Below, one piece after another: positions 39,551-49,557 of a stretch of DNA of 64,000 nt (its first letter is position 1; each line of letters opens with the position of its first letter). The DNA is taken from positions 45,565 through 109,564 of the forward strand of contig JACQWX010000035.1 of assembly GCA_016209035.1 (NCBI GenBank), written 5' to 3'. The position numbers were made by a program, and so were the translations under genes. The notes beneath the pieces are model-generated. The model saw only the letters and a program-made list of their open reading frames with translations. It had not been told where the DNA came from and ran no database searches. The stretch comes from Elusimicrobiota bacterium. GTDB lineage: Bacteria; Elusimicrobiota; Elusimicrobia; UBA1565; UBA9628.

Positions 39551-39838
39551 GTGAGACTGAACCACAGGGAACTCATCGGGGAGTTCGTTCGTGAGCATCC
39601 CGACTCCGGCGCTTCGCTGCGGGCATGGCAGAGGAACATGGAATCCAACGGCTTCCAGAACTTCGTCGAACTGAGGCGAGCGTTCGGCTCCGTGGATTAT
39701 GTCAGTCCTCATGCTGTCTTCAACATTTCGGGGAACAAGTACCGCTTGATTGGCGTTGTCAACTACGGACTTCAGACTGTCGCCATCAAGCACGTCCTGA
39801 CCCACGCCGAATATGACAGGGGAGCCTGGAGGAAATAG
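39551..39838 (+). CDS. higB: HigB family toxin
   Basis: FGSVDYV...VFNISGNKYRLI...VLTHAEYD; toxin-first gene order. Confidence 0.92.
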   Translation: MRLNHRELIGEFVREHPDSGASLRAWQRNMESNGFQNFVELRRAFGSVDYVSPHAVFNISGNKYRLIGVVNYGLQTVAIKHVLTHAEYDRGAWRK

Positions 39839-39839
39839 T

Positions 39840-40307
39840 ATGACCGTCCAGACTTTGGAAAGGAAGCTCAAGACCTTCGAGGAGCCCGTGTCCCATCCAC
39901 TGCTCAGGTGGCTCTATCTCCATTTGCCACCGCAACCGATCACCAGCAGGAAGATGCACAAAGCCTATGCCGACTCAGTGGGCATCTTGATGACAGAGCT
40001 TGAGCTGGGAAAGCTCGAAGGCTCGGATCGGGGAGCGGTGACGAAATATCTGAAATCAGTCCTCCCATTCGTTGAGCAGTACGAGAAGAAGGAATATCCG
40101 AGCGGGTCCGTAAGCCCCGAGGAGATGCTGCGATTCTTCATGGAGCAACACGGCTTGGCCCAGCAGGATTTAGCGGAGGAATTAGGAGGGCAGCCCGCGG
40201 TCTCCTATGTCTTAAACGGCAGGCGCAAGCTGACCAGGGAACAAATCGTCAGGCTTGCCCGCAGATTCGGCGTCTCGGAGGCGACGTTCTACCCTTCGGG
40301 CGCATAA
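39840..40307 (+). CDS. higA: HigA family HTH antitoxin
   Basis: YEKKEYP...LRFFMEQHGLAQQDLAEELG..AVSYVLNGRRKLT. Confidence 0.9.
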   Translation: MTVQTLERKLKTFEEPVSHPLLRWLYLHLPPQPITSRKMHKAYADSVGILMTELELGKLEGSDRGAVTKYLKSVLPFVEQYEKKEYPSGSVSPEEMLRFFMEQHGLAQQDLAEELGGQPAVSYVLNGRRKLTREQIVRLARRFGVSEATFYPSGA

Positions 40308-40325
40308 GACCGGCTTTCGGGCCGG

Positions 40326-40352
40326 AACCCCCGAAAGGGGGTTTTGTGTTTT
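40326..40352 (+). terminator. Intrinsic terminator after higA
   Basis: AACCCCC-GAAA-GGGGGTT followed by TTGTGTTTT; preceded by a CCGGC/GCCGG hairpin. Confidence 0.8.
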
Positions 40353-40672
40353 CAGGGACAACCGCAGGCCGCCGCCCTTGCCCGCGCTCTCGGCTTTGGC
40401 CCGTGAATTGAGGTGCTTGTCCCCGTCGAGGTCCAGGAATAGCTCGTCGTTCGAGTAGTCCCCGTCGCCAGAGAGGTCCGCCAGGACCGCATCCGCTGAA
40501 CCGCGGCGGCTTCTCGCGGGCCAACGCGACGGGCCTGCGGCTGTCCATGGCCGGCAGCCCGAGCGGCCAGCCTCCCTCCACAGATGTCCGGGGACCGCCC
40601 CTGGCCGCACCCAGCCAGCGCCAGCAACGAAGAGACGGCGACGGCACATGGGAACAGCGCCCATCCTTTCAT
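40352..40672 (-). pseudogene. Fragmented lipoprotein gene
   Basis: MKGWALFPCAVAVSSLLALAGC lipobox. Coding-like text continues in another frame (ADLSGDGDYSNDELFLDLDGD) and ends at the higBA terminator. Confidence 0.4.
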
Positions 40673-40703
40673 CGTCGTCAGCATATAAAATAGAATGGCC
40701 TTG

Positions 40704-41186
40704 ATGCCGCTCTTGACCGAGAGCCGGGCTCGTGTCGCGCGCCAGTTCGGCAAGTACTTCCTGGCGGGCCTCCTGGCCACGGCCGTGGATGTCGCGACTT
40801 TCTATCTGGTCGCGATCGCCGTGTTCCCCTCCCTCGCCCCAGGAGACCCGGCCGCCGTCCTGCTGGGCTTCAAACCCGCGCCCATCTCCGAGAGCCTGCG
40901 CTCCACCCACTACGTGTGGGGCAAGGTCATCGCGTTCATGCTGTCCTGCCTGACCGCCTACATCGCCAACATCCTGTGGGTCTTCACCCCGGGGCGGCAC
41001 TCCAAGGCAGTCGAGGTGACGCTCTTCTTCGTGGTCTCGGCCATGAGCTTCTTCATCGGCACGGCGCTCGGCTGGCTGCTCATCCGCCTGACCGGCCTGC
41101 CCACGACCTACGCCTACATCGCCAACGGGGTCGCGTCCCTGTCCCTCAACTTCGTGTGCCGGAAGTTCATCGTGTTCAAGGGCTGA
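40704..41186 (+). CDS. GtrA family membrane protein
   Basis: QFGKYFLAGLLATAVD, WVF and NFVCRKFIVF. Confidence 0.88.
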   Translation: MPLLTESRARVARQFGKYFLAGLLATAVDVATFYLVAIAVFPSLAPGDPAAVLLGFKPAPISESLRSTHYVWGKVIAFMLSCLTAYIANILWVFTPGRHSKAVEVTLFFVVSAMSFFIGTALGWLLIRLTGLPTTYAYIANGVASLSLNFVCRKFIVFKG

Positions 41187-41275
41187 AGGGCCGGCCACTT
41201 CGGCGACTTGGGCCACGAAAGGCGCCGAAAGCGCGAAAAGTACAATGCCAGGCGCCGATATGGTAGATTTGGAGC

Positions 41276-42547
41276 ATGGCTGACATCCATCGCCGCTTCC
41301 GCCGCTTCTTGACCCTGCCCTTCGCGCTGGGCCTGTGGCTGGCGCCGGGCATCCAGGCCGGGAGCCCGGGCTCGGCCTTCGACGAGCTGGACCAGGAGGC
41401 CAAGAAGGCCCCCGGCCAGCGCAAGGGCAAGGGCTCGGGGCCCAAGAGCCTCTTCGAGGAGACCATGGCGGCGTACGAGGACCGGTACGAGACGCTGTCG
41501 GCCGGCATGGAGGCCGCCTACCAGAGCATGGAGCGCAAGATGGCGGCGGAACAGGCCAAGCTGCAGAAGCAGGTCCAGGGGAAGTGGACGGAGTTCCACC
41601 CCTCCACGAACAAGGAATGGGTGGAGTACAGCCCCAAGGCCGACTCCATGAGCAAGGTGGATTTCGAGAGAGGCGAGGTGGAGGTCGAGGTCCTGGTCCC
41701 GGTGGAGGAGGTCGCTCCGGCGAAGAAGGAGCGCAAGGACATCAAGCTCGACGACCTCGACGCCAAGGAGGTCGAGAAGCTCAAGTCCCTCGCCGAGGAG
41801 AAGATCCGCGGGCAGGCCAAGTCCATGGTCACGCAGAAGGAGGAAGGCAAGGCCGAGGTCATGAAGGACCAGATCAAGACCCCGGACGGCAAGCCGGTCG
41901 ACGAGAAGAACGTGGACCGGTTCGTCAAGGAGACCATCGCGCCCAAGATGCAGGTCGAAGACAAGCCCGTCGTGGCCCAGGACGGCAAGCCCCGCATGAA
42001 GGTCAAGGTCAAGATCGCCATGGCCCCGGAGCACCTCAAGGTCAGGGCCCAGCGCTACTCGGCCCAGGTCAACGCCTACGCGAAGAAGTACGGCCTCGAA
42101 GCGGCCCTCATCTACGCGGTCATCCACACCGAGTCCTACTTCAACCCCAAGGCGAGGTCCGTGGCAGGGGCCCTGGGCCTGATGCAGCTGGTGCCCAGGA
42201 CAGCTGGCGTGGAGGCCTACAAATACCTCTATAAGGAAGAGAAGCTGATCACCCCTGAGTATCTTTTCAACCCGGACAACAACATCATGCTGGGCTCGAC
42301 CTACCTGCACATGCTCCACACCCGGCACTACGGCAAGCTCAAGAACCCCGAGAGCCGGCGGAGCCTGAGCGTGGCGGCCTACAACTGCGGGCCGGGGAAC
42401 GTCAGGAAGACCGTTACCTCGAGGCATGACGTGGACAACCTGAGCGGCGAGGAAGTGGTGCGGCTGCTCAAGAGCCTGACCCCGAAAGAGACCCAGGCCT
42501 ACGTCCCGCACGTGCTCGAGCGCATGGAGCTCTACCGCGACCTCTGA
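41276..42547 (+). CDS. MltC-like lytic transglycosylase (DUF3393 plus SLT)
   Basis: VDFERGEVEVE; IHTESYFNPKARS, GLMQLVP, AAYNCGPG and ETQAYV. Confidence 0.9.
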   Translation: MADIHRRFRRFLTLPFALGLWLAPGIQAGSPGSAFDELDQEAKKAPGQRKGKGSGPKSLFEETMAAYEDRYETLSAGMEAAYQSMERKMAAEQAKLQKQVQGKWTEFHPSTNKEWVEYSPKADSMSKVDFERGEVEVEVLVPVEEVAPAKKERKDIKLDDLDAKEVEKLKSLAEEKIRGQAKSMVTQKEEGKAEVMKDQIKTPDGKPVDEKNVDRFVKETIAPKMQVEDKPVVAQDGKPRMKVKVKIAMAPEHLKVRAQRYSAQVNAYAKKYGLEAALIYAVIHTESYFNPKARSVAGALGLMQLVPRTAGVEAYKYLYKEEKLITPEYLFNPDNNIMLGSTYLHMLHTRHYGKLKNPESRRSLSVAAYNCGPGNVRKTVTSRHDVDNLSGEEVVRLLKSLTPKETQAYVPHVLERMELYRDL

Positions 42548-42553
42548 GGGACC

Positions 42554-44428
42554 TCAGAACTCCCGCAGGACCTCGTCGGCGCCCCGGCGCATGTCATACC
42601 AGAAGGACATCGCCGCCTCCTTGCGGTCCTTGTCGAAGAAATCGATCCACTTGGACAGCTTCGGGTCCTTGTTCCCCTCCACGTCCCTGAGGCGCTTCAA
42701 GGCCGAGGCCACGAAGTCTATGTTCCTCTCGGACTCCCAGTAGACCGCGGCGTTGCGGCTGTGGATGCGGGTGGCCGTCATGTCGATCCTCTTCAAGTAC
42801 TCGTCCTTCTTGCCGTAGAGCGAGCCGATGATGTCGGGCATCATGTCCTCGGCCCAGCCGCGGTGGAAGCGGCACATCCCCATGTTGTCGACCAGGAGCT
42901 CCTTGCGCATCCGCTCGGCGCACTTGCGTCCCAGCTGCCTGGGCGGCAGGAACTCGGGCTCATAGAAGAAGTAGTACTTGCCCATCATGGCCATGGGCGC
43001 CAAGGCGCCGGGCACCCAGTACTGGTTGGGGGTCATCCAGCCGTTCCTGGCGTTGGCGTTGTAGACGAAGGCGTCGTGGATCCTCTTGTCCTTGCCCCGG
43101 GCCAGGGACCGGGCCAGCTTGCGCGCGCCGTGGCGCAGGTCGAGGAGGCCCTTCCTCCGGATCATGGAGTCCAGCAGGGCCGCGCCGAGGTCCGCGTTGT
43201 GCATGGAGTCGGTCTCGACCTTGAACCCCTCGGGCGAGAAGCAGGGCGCGGCCGAGACCCCGAGGTCCGCTGGCGCAAGCCACCCCTCGGCCAGGCACTC
43301 CATGAGCCAGGAGAGCACGCACCCGGCCGAGATCGCGTCCAAGCCGTAGACCGAAGCGCGCTCGTTGAGCTTCTCGGCGGCCCGCTGGTCGAAGACGCCG
43401 CTCAAGGGGCCCATGGCCTGGTAGGGCTCGTAGTCCTTCTTAAACTCGTTGTTGAGCTTCTTGCACACCGCGACGCAGGGCTCGCCGCAGGTGGACACCT
43501 GCTTCTTGGCGATGCTCTCCTCGTTGAACTGCCGCAGGTAGTGCTCGAGCACGAGCTTACGGTGCAGGTCCACGCGCCGCGCCTCGTCCCAGTACACGCT
43601 GCGGTAGTTGAAGGACATCATCCTGCCCTTGAGCGTGGCGAAGTTGACGCCGAAGGTGCCGCCGGTCTTGACGTCCTCCTTGAAGCGGTACTTGGCGGTC
43701 GCGGCCATGTCCTTGGCCGCCAGAGACATCTGGTAGCGCTGCTGGAACCATTCGTCGGCTACCTTGCGGTCCCGGAAGTCCTCGCCCACCACGGTCCCTC
43801 CATAGACGAGGGCGGCGACGCCGTGGGCCTGCAGGAGTTGGGAGCCCAGGCCCCCTCTGCCGGCCCAGCTGTCCACGAAGGTGAGCTTGCCGTCCTTGCA
43901 AGGAGCGGTCGCGATGGCGCCGAAATCGGTCTCGGCGGCCGAGGGCCCCACCGCCAGGACGCGGGGCTCCTTGGAGTACTTGCCGCCGTAGCGTCCCAGG
44001 GCATGCTCCATGAGCGCGAAGACTCCCCCCCGTCCCTGGGACCAGACGGTCTCCAGGCTCACCGGGGAGAGCTCGACCTCCACCTCCTCGCCGTGCGCGC
44101 GGTTGAGGCACAGGATGGAGGCAGACGCGGCCCTGCCGCGGATGGCGACCATGTTCAAGCCCAGGTTGTCGAAGACCAGGCCCGCCCCGCCCATGGACGA
44201 GACGTAGACGTTGTGCCAGCAGGCTGAGTAGGCCACGAAGAAAAGCCGGTTCGACCCGGGCAGGATGGAGCCGGCCAGCAGGCCCGTCCCGATGTTGAAG
44301 GTGCCCTCGTTGGCGGCCAGGTGGAACCCCAGGTCGATGGGCCCGAAGAAGTCCCCCACCCGGTAGCGCTTCATCCGGTAGTAGCCGGTCCCCGCGTCGA
44401 TGAACAGGACCTTGAGCGTGTTCTCCAT
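42554..44428 (-). CDS. Aldehyde:ferredoxin oxidoreductase family protein
   Basis: SSMGG, WAGRGGLGS, CGEPCVAVCKK, DYEPY, GLDAISAG and DNMGMCRFHR. Confidence 0.88.
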   Translation of the reverse strand: MENTLKVLFIDAGTGYYRMKRYRVGDFFGPIDLGFHLAANEGTFNIGTGLLAGSILPGSNRLFFVAYSACWHNVYVSSMGGAGLVFDNLGLNMVAIRGRAASASILCLNRAHGEEVEVELSPVSLETVWSQGRGGVFALMEHALGRYGGKYSKEPRVLAVGPSAAETDFGAIATAPCKDGKLTFVDSWAGRGGLGSQLLQAHGVAALVYGGTVVGEDFRDRKVADEWFQQRYQMSLAAKDMAATAKYRFKEDVKTGGTFGVNFATLKGRMMSFNYRSVYWDEARRVDLHRKLVLEHYLRQFNEESIAKKQVSTCGEPCVAVCKKLNNEFKKDYEPYQAMGPLSGVFDQRAAEKLNERASVYGLDAISAGCVLSWLMECLAEGWLAPADLGVSAAPCFSPEGFKVETDSMHNADLGAALLDSMIRRKGLLDLRHGARKLARSLARGKDKRIHDAFVYNANARNGWMTPNQYWVPGALAPMAMMGKYYFFYEPEFLPPRQLGRKCAERMRKELLVDNMGMCRFHRGWAEDMMPDIIGSLYGKKDEYLKRIDMTATRIHSRNAAVYWESERNIDFVASALKRLRDVEGNKDPKLSKWIDFFDKDRKEAAMSFWYDMRRGADEVLREF

Positions 44429-44491
44429 GCTCAACAGAATTTAGCACGAAAACGCCTTCCCCCGCAACCGAGGTTTTGATACCATGGGGGC

Positions 44492-44722
44492 ATGCCGACC
44501 CTGGTGAGGGTCAAGGTGCACCCGGACAGCAGGCAGGACCGCGTCGAGCGGGTCTCGCCCACCCACTACGAGGTATGGGTCAAGGCCAAGCCCGAGGCGG
44601 GACGCGCCAACGCAGCGGCCCTGGGCCTGGTGGCCGCCGCGCTCGGAGTGAAACCCAAGCGCCTGCGCATCGCCAAGGGAGCCCTGTCCCCGAACAAGAT
44701 CGTGGAGGTGCTCGGCTCGTGA
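44492..44722 (+). CDS. DUF167 (YggU-like) protein
   Basis: VRVKVHP...VKAKPEAGRAN..L...LGV...IAKG. Confidence 0.88.
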   Translation: MPTLVRVKVHPDSRQDRVERVSPTHYEVWVKAKPEAGRANAAALGLVAAALGVKPKRLRIAKGALSPNKIVEVLGS

Positions 44723-45330
44723 GCGACGAACCTCTCTCCAGTTGGGAACGGCTCTACCACATGCTCGAGCCGGAGAAGCTGCCCTGGGACGCGGGCAAGC
44801 CGGACGAGGAACTCGTCAAGCTCGTTGATTCGGGATTCCTGGCCCCCGGGCCCGCGCTCGACGTCGGGTCAGGGCTGGGTCACGACGCGGTGTTCCTGGC
44901 CGCCAAGGGGTTCCAGGTGACCGCGGTGGACATTTCAGCCACGGCGGTCAAGCTCGCCCAGGAGAGGGCCCAGGCCGCCGAGGTCAAGGACAAGATCGAC
45001 TTCCAAGCCACGGATGTCCTGCGCATGGAGGCGGCCCCGGGACGATTCTCCTTGATCAACGACCGCGGCTTCTTCCACTATCTGCGCGACGACTCCCGCG
45101 CGGCCTACATCGGCTTTCTCAGACGATCCCTCTCGGACCGGGGGCTCGTGTTCCTGCGCGTCTACAGCGACAAGGAGCCTCCTTGCCTGGGTCCGCTGCG
45201 CTACTCGATGGAGGAGCTCAAGCGCCTCTTCGAAAGGGCTTTCGACATCGAGGGGCTCAAGGAGAGCGTCTTCGAGGGAGCCTCGAAGGCGAAGTCCCTG
45301 GTGGCGTTGTTGCGCAAGAAGGCGGCCTAG
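44719..45330 (+). CDS. Class I SAM methyltransferase (TPMT/TehB-like)
   Basis: LPWDAG.PD, ALDVGSGLG, VTAVDIS and DRGFFH. The GTG overlaps the upstream stop. Confidence 0.88.
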   Translation: MSDEPLSSWERLYHMLEPEKLPWDAGKPDEELVKLVDSGFLAPGPALDVGSGLGHDAVFLAAKGFQVTAVDISATAVKLAQERAQAAEVKDKIDFQATDVLRMEAAPGRFSLINDRGFFHYLRDDSRAAYIGFLRRSLSDRGLVFLRVYSDKEPPCLGPLRYSMEELKRLFERAFDIEGLKESVFEGASKAKSLVALLRKKAA

Positions 45331-45683
45331 CGTTTCTCGAGACGGTCCGCGATCTTGGCCAGCTCGGCGCCGACCCCTTTCAAGCCCTTCTTGAGGTTCT
45401 CCCGCACCTTCTCGGCGGTCTCCTTGCCGGATTCCTTGCCGAGGATGACGACCTTCTTGAGCTGGTCCCCGACCTTGCGGCCCTGGTCGCTCTCCTTGGC
45501 CGTCTGGAGCGCGCTGACCACCTTCTCGCCCACGCGCTGAAGGCTCCGGGATATCTCGGAGCTCAAGTCCTTGAGCTCAGGGCTCCTGGCCGCGGCCCGG
45601 AAGGCCTTCTCGACCTGCTTGCCGAGCTCGGTGACTTCCTTCGTGAGATTCGGACGCTGCGTCTTGTTGCATTTCTTCGCCAT
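45327..45683 (-). CDS. Small Lys/Glu-rich helical hypothetical protein
   Basis: 118-aa ORF with good codon usage and a GGAGG SD. Confidence 0.75.
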   Translation of the reverse strand: MAKKCNKTQRPNLTKEVTELGKQVEKAFRAAARSPELKDLSSEISRSLQRVGEKVVSALQTAKESDQGRKVGDQLKKVVILGKESGKETAEKVRENLKKGLKGVGAELAKIADRLEKR

Positions 45684-48600
45684 GGCTACCCTCCATCCTA
45701 GTCGTATCCCGTATCATATCATGACGCCGCGGCGACGGCAAGGCGCTTGACGCGGCGAGGAGGTCCGCGAGGGACTCGTGGAACTTCACGTCGTCGAGGT
45801 CCGTCACGTTGCTCAAGGAACGGTTGGCCGAGGTGAAGACCAAGGACGCCAGGTAGTAGGCCTGCCTCGCGTCGTCGAGGCCCGACTCGACGATCGCCTT
45901 GACCAGGGGGTGGCCCCTGGAGACCCCCACCGTCCGGGAATCGTCGAGCAGGACCGGCTCGTTGAAGGATTCCTCCCTCCACTCCACGGCTCCGGGCAGG
46001 ACCATCATGCCCCGCAGGCCCTTGACCTGCTTGAGGACCCTGCGCAGGGCCGCGAGGTTCGCGGGCTCGGGCGGCCGGGCGGGTTCCGGGACCGGCTCCA
46101 CGGGCCGGGACAGAATCGCCGGCGTGACCTCGGCCGGCTTGAAGGGCCTGAGCTTGACGCCCAACTTCTTGCAGACCAGGCTCTGGATCGCGAGCTGCTC
46201 GCACTTGCCCAGGACCGGAATCCAGGCGTCTTCGGGGAAGTGAAGATAGACCGCCTTCGGTGAGTAAGGGAGGCACCCCCTCTCCCTGGCTCTCGACCAC
46301 AGGCCCTCGATGCTGGCAAGATCGAGGCCCAGGGCCGGCAGCATCTTGAGCGCCCACATCCTTGCCAGGACCGTTCCCAACCGGCCCTCCGGCCTTTTCT
46401 CCGGGAGATCGTTGAGCCCCAGGACCTTGAGGACGTAGCGCACCGCGGTCCGGTGCTTGGCGTCGGCAGGCCCGCCCATGGGCCAGGCATCGAGGAAATC
46501 CTCGTAGAACCGGCAGAACATCTGGAGCAGGACCTCCTCGGACGGAATGCACTCCGGGTCCGGCGAGGAGGAAAGGTCGAAGAGCCCGACCCCGGCCAAT
46601 GGGAGCCCCTTGGGGGAGAGCCTCAACAGAGGCTCGCCAGGGGCCTTGCGGAAGATGAGCTCGGGTGTCTCCTTGAAGCGCTCGGGCAGGCCGATGAGCG
46701 CGGTCAGGCCAAGCTCTTCGTAGCGTCTCTCGAAAAGCATCGGCCCCACGGCTTTGGTGAAACCCAGGGCAGGAGCCGGCATGGTCTGAGCTGACATCGC
46801 CGGCGCGGGACGTGCCGGAGCCACAGGGGCGGCCGCCTCAAGACAGGGCGCGGGCTCCCCGGCCCCGGCCCCCTCAGGAAGGTCCGGGAATCCCACGATC
46901 ATGAGATGGTCGGCCCTCAGAGGCCAGAGCCTCTTGACGGCGTCGAGGTCCGCGGGGTCCAAGATGAGGCCCGCCCAGAGGCGCGCCCCTGACTCGCGCA
47001 GGGCGTAGAACACAGAACCGCCGCCAGCCAGCTTCGCCCCCAAGTTCCCCAGCGTGATGCCGGCCGCCGTCGCTGTCTGGAAGAAGGGGAGCAGGCGCAG
47101 CAGGTCCTGGAGCCGCGTCGAGGCGCCTTCGACGGTCTTGCCCGGCCAAGGAGCGCAGAGCCTGGACACGGCCTTGAGCAGGAAGCGCCTGGCCGAATGC
47201 TCCGGGCACCGCCAGGCCGTGCCGTGGCGCTCCACGACCGCGGCAGCCAAGGCCAGGCCGACGTCGTAGCGGCCGCAGAGCTTCGCTTCCAGGTCGGGCA
47301 GCTTCGCGTCTTTGCCGAAGGCCGTGACCGTGCCCCAGGGGAGGGAGAGCTTCCTGCCTCCCTCGCCTTCGCCCACGGTCAGATGGACTTCGGGCGAGGC
47401 GACCGCGAGCAGGCAGCCGAGATGGCTCTTGTGCTCGCAGGCAGGCGCGGGCGTCTTCCTGAACACGAGGCGCACGCCTTCGAGGCCGTCCACCCCCAGG
47501 AACCCGGCATCCGGCAGGATGGCGCCGAGGAGAGCGTCGGTGTACTCCTTCCCCACGATGACCCTCTCCGACCGTAGGGGACCTGCGGCCGCGACCGCGT
47601 CGAGGACGCAGAAGACCTTCCCCTCGTTGAAGGCGCAGCGCAGGCGCTCGTAGTCGAGCCAGCCCGTTTCGGTCCGGAACAAGGATACCTTCCCGGCCCA
47701 TCGGCGGGCCTCGGCGCTGGCGGCCCCTTCCTTGCCCTCGACGGCCGCGGCCGCGAGATAGTCCAGGAGAGCCTCCCTGATGGCGGCGGTGCGCCCGTCC
47801 GTCTTCCAGCAATCGTATTCCTTGGCAAGCCTCCGGTAGAGCTCCGCGGCGCATCCGGCCGCGGCCGCCGCGGCCTGGCCGAGCTCCGCATCGGTCCTCA
47901 GGCTGCCGGCCAAGAGCGAGACCGCGGCCGCCACGAAGCGGGGCTTGGGCGCCACGTCCAGGAGTCTCGGGCCCGCGTCTTCGCAGACGTAGATGTGGGA
48001 CCGCCGGGAGCGGGACAGGACCGGAATCCCCACCTCGAGCCGGGCTCGGCCGTCCTTGAAGGTGTCGCGGATGAGGAGGTCGGTGAAGCCCATCTGCGAG
48101 AGGACCTTGAGGTCCTCGTGAGCCGGGCCCGGAGCCGAGCCCGCGACGCCCCCCCACTCCTCGACCGCGAACGACATGTCCCTGATTGCGTCCGGGAAGA
48201 GCTTGGTCAGGAGCCTGAGCACCCTCTCGGACGAGAGCCAGACGGCCGGGAAGAAGCGCTTGGCGCCCTTCTCATAGCGCTTCGACACCGCCACGAACCC
48301 CATCCGGTTGCGCGCGGCGTCCACGTCGAACAGGCTCAGTATCTCGCCGCCCGAGCCCAACAGCGTGGGCTGGGTCCAGAGAGCCTTGTGCAAAGGGTCC
48401 CTGCTGTCCTTGGCATAGCCGGAGAGGTTGGACTCGCACGCGTCCAACAGCCACGCCTGGATGCGTCCCAGGCGCTCGAGATCCTCCCGGCCCCGGTCCG
48501 GCTTGTCCGAGACGAAGCGCAGGGCCTTGCCCAGCAAGCTCAGCAGGCCGGGCCCCTCGGCCGCCCTGCTGCGGTCCAGGATGTCCCTCCAGGGGGATAC

Positions 48601-49557
48601 GCCGATCTTGGCGATGAGGCTCGACGCCTTATGGAGTCTGGCCTCGTTGCCCGAGAGGACCTTGAGCAAAAGCTTGTCGGCTTGGGCCGCCACCTTGTCC
48701 ATGGTCGTCTTGTACCGGCCGCTCTTGGCCACCCCGGTCTGCGAGGCGTTCAGGAAGAAGAGGTCGTCGTTGACCAGCCCGTCCACCTGGAACCGGGGGA
48801 GCTGGTGGGAGACCGGCCCGACCTCCACGCCGTAGGTGAAGACGCGCAGGCTGCTCTCCTGGGCAAGGCTCTGAGGCGCGGTGAGCCACACGCGCACGCC
48901 TTCCTCGTCGAAATAGACGCTGACGTCGGGGTCGAGCGCCGGGATGCTGGCGGCCTCCTTGCCGTCCACGAGGACGGAGGTTGGAGCCGCCTGGCAGGAA
49001 CGCCGCACGAGCGCCGCGACCTCGTCGAAGGCGCCCACGAGCTCGCCGCGGTGGACCTCGAACACCGTGTCGGTCCCGGCCTCGGACACCGCCTGGACCT
49101 TCTCCGAGCGCAGGGACTCGACATCGAGCCTGACCCTGCCGCCCTGGGAGCCCGAAGTCACGCTCAGGCAGTCTTGCTTGAACCGCAGCGCGGTCAGCAG
49201 GGCCACGGCCAGCTCCTTGTCCCTGGCGGTATCGGCCGTGCGCTTGTTGAACAAGACGGAATAGGGGTCCTCCAACTCCGCCCGCGAGAAGGGCCTGCCG
49301 TCGAACCTCACCTCCAGGCGGCTCGTCCCGAGCGACGCGCCGCGGCCGGTCTGGATGCGGATGCGCTTGGCCCCGCCGGCCACCGCGGCTCGCAGGAGCG
49401 GCAGGACGAACATCCCCGCCTCCGGCAACTGGAAGCGCATGAGCTTGTCGAGGGCGCGGCCGCGGTCGATCTTGAAGGAGCCGGTCTCGACCAACGCGGC
49501 CCCTTCGCTGTCGGGAAGCCCTCCGGTCCCGGAGCCCAGCTCGGTCTCGGGGCTCAT
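45577..49557 (-). CDS. Giant HSP90-like protein with catalytically degenerate GHKL domain
   Basis: N-terminal GSFKIDRGRALDKL..FQLP..FVLPLLRAAVAGGAKRIRI..FDG aligns with the GHKL fold but lacks the N, G1 and G2 box residues. VSRGHPLVK near the C-terminus. The ATG overlaps the upstream stop. Confidence 0.65.
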   Translation of the reverse strand: MSPETELGSGTGGLPDSEGAALVETGSFKIDRGRALDKLMRFQLPEAGMFVLPLLRAAVAGGAKRIRIQTGRGASLGTSRLEVRFDGRPFSRAELEDPYSVLFNKRTADTARDKELAVALLTALRFKQDCLSVTSGSQGGRVRLDVESLRSEKVQAVSEAGTDTVFEVHRGELVGAFDEVAALVRRSCQAAPTSVLVDGKEAASIPALDPDVSVYFDEEGVRVWLTAPQSLAQESSLRVFTYGVEVGPVSHQLPRFQVDGLVNDDLFFLNASQTGVAKSGRYKTTMDKVAAQADKLLLKVLSGNEARLHKASSLIAKIGVSPWRDILDRSRAAEGPGLLSLLGKALRFVSDKPDRGREDLERLGRIQAWLLDACESNLSGYAKDSRDPLHKALWTQPTLLGSGGEILSLFDVDAARNRMGFVAVSKRYEKGAKRFFPAVWLSSERVLRLLTKLFPDAIRDMSFAVEEWGGVAGSAPGPAHEDLKVLSQMGFTDLLIRDTFKDGRARLEVGIPVLSRSRRSHIYVCEDAGPRLLDVAPKPRFVAAAVSLLAGSLRTDAELGQAAAAAAGCAAELYRRLAKEYDCWKTDGRTAAIREALLDYLAAAAVEGKEGAASAEARRWAGKVSLFRTETGWLDYERLRCAFNEGKVFCVLDAVAAAGPLRSERVIVGKEYTDALLGAILPDAGFLGVDGLEGVRLVFRKTPAPACEHKSHLGCLLAVASPEVHLTVGEGEGGRKLSLPWGTVTAFGKDAKLPDLEAKLCGRYDVGLALAAAVVERHGTAWRCPEHSARRFLLKAVSRLCAPWPGKTVEGASTRLQDLLRLLPFFQTATAAGITLGNLGAKLAGGGSVFYALRESGARLWAGLILDPADLDAVKRLWPLRADHLMIVGFPDLPEGAGAGEPAPCLEAAAPVAPARPAPAMSAQTMPAPALGFTKAVGPMLFERRYEELGLTALIGLPERFKETPELIFRKAPGEPLLRLSPKGLPLAGVGLFDLSSSPDPECIPSEEVLLQMFCRFYEDFLDAWPMGGPADAKHRTAVRYVLKVLGLNDLPEKRPEGRLGTVLARMWALKMLPALGLDLASIEGLWSRARERGCLPYSPKAVYLHFPEDAWIPVLGKCEQLAIQSLVCKKLGVKLRPFKPAEVTPAILSRPVEPVPEPARPPEPANLAALRRVLKQVKGLRGMMVLPGAVEWREESFNEPVLLDDSRTVGVSRGHPLVKAIVESGLDDARQAYYLASLVFTSANRSLSNVTDLDDVKFHESLADLLAASSALPSPRRHDMIRDTTRMEGSHGEEMQQDAASESHEGSHRARQAGREGLPGRGQEP

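Noticed and set aside
44459-44469. CCCCCGCAACC matching the tRNA 3' end (possible attR)
   Set aside because: Only 11 bp in GC-rich DNA, and the intervening genes (gtrA, mltC-like, AOR) look native; likely chance.
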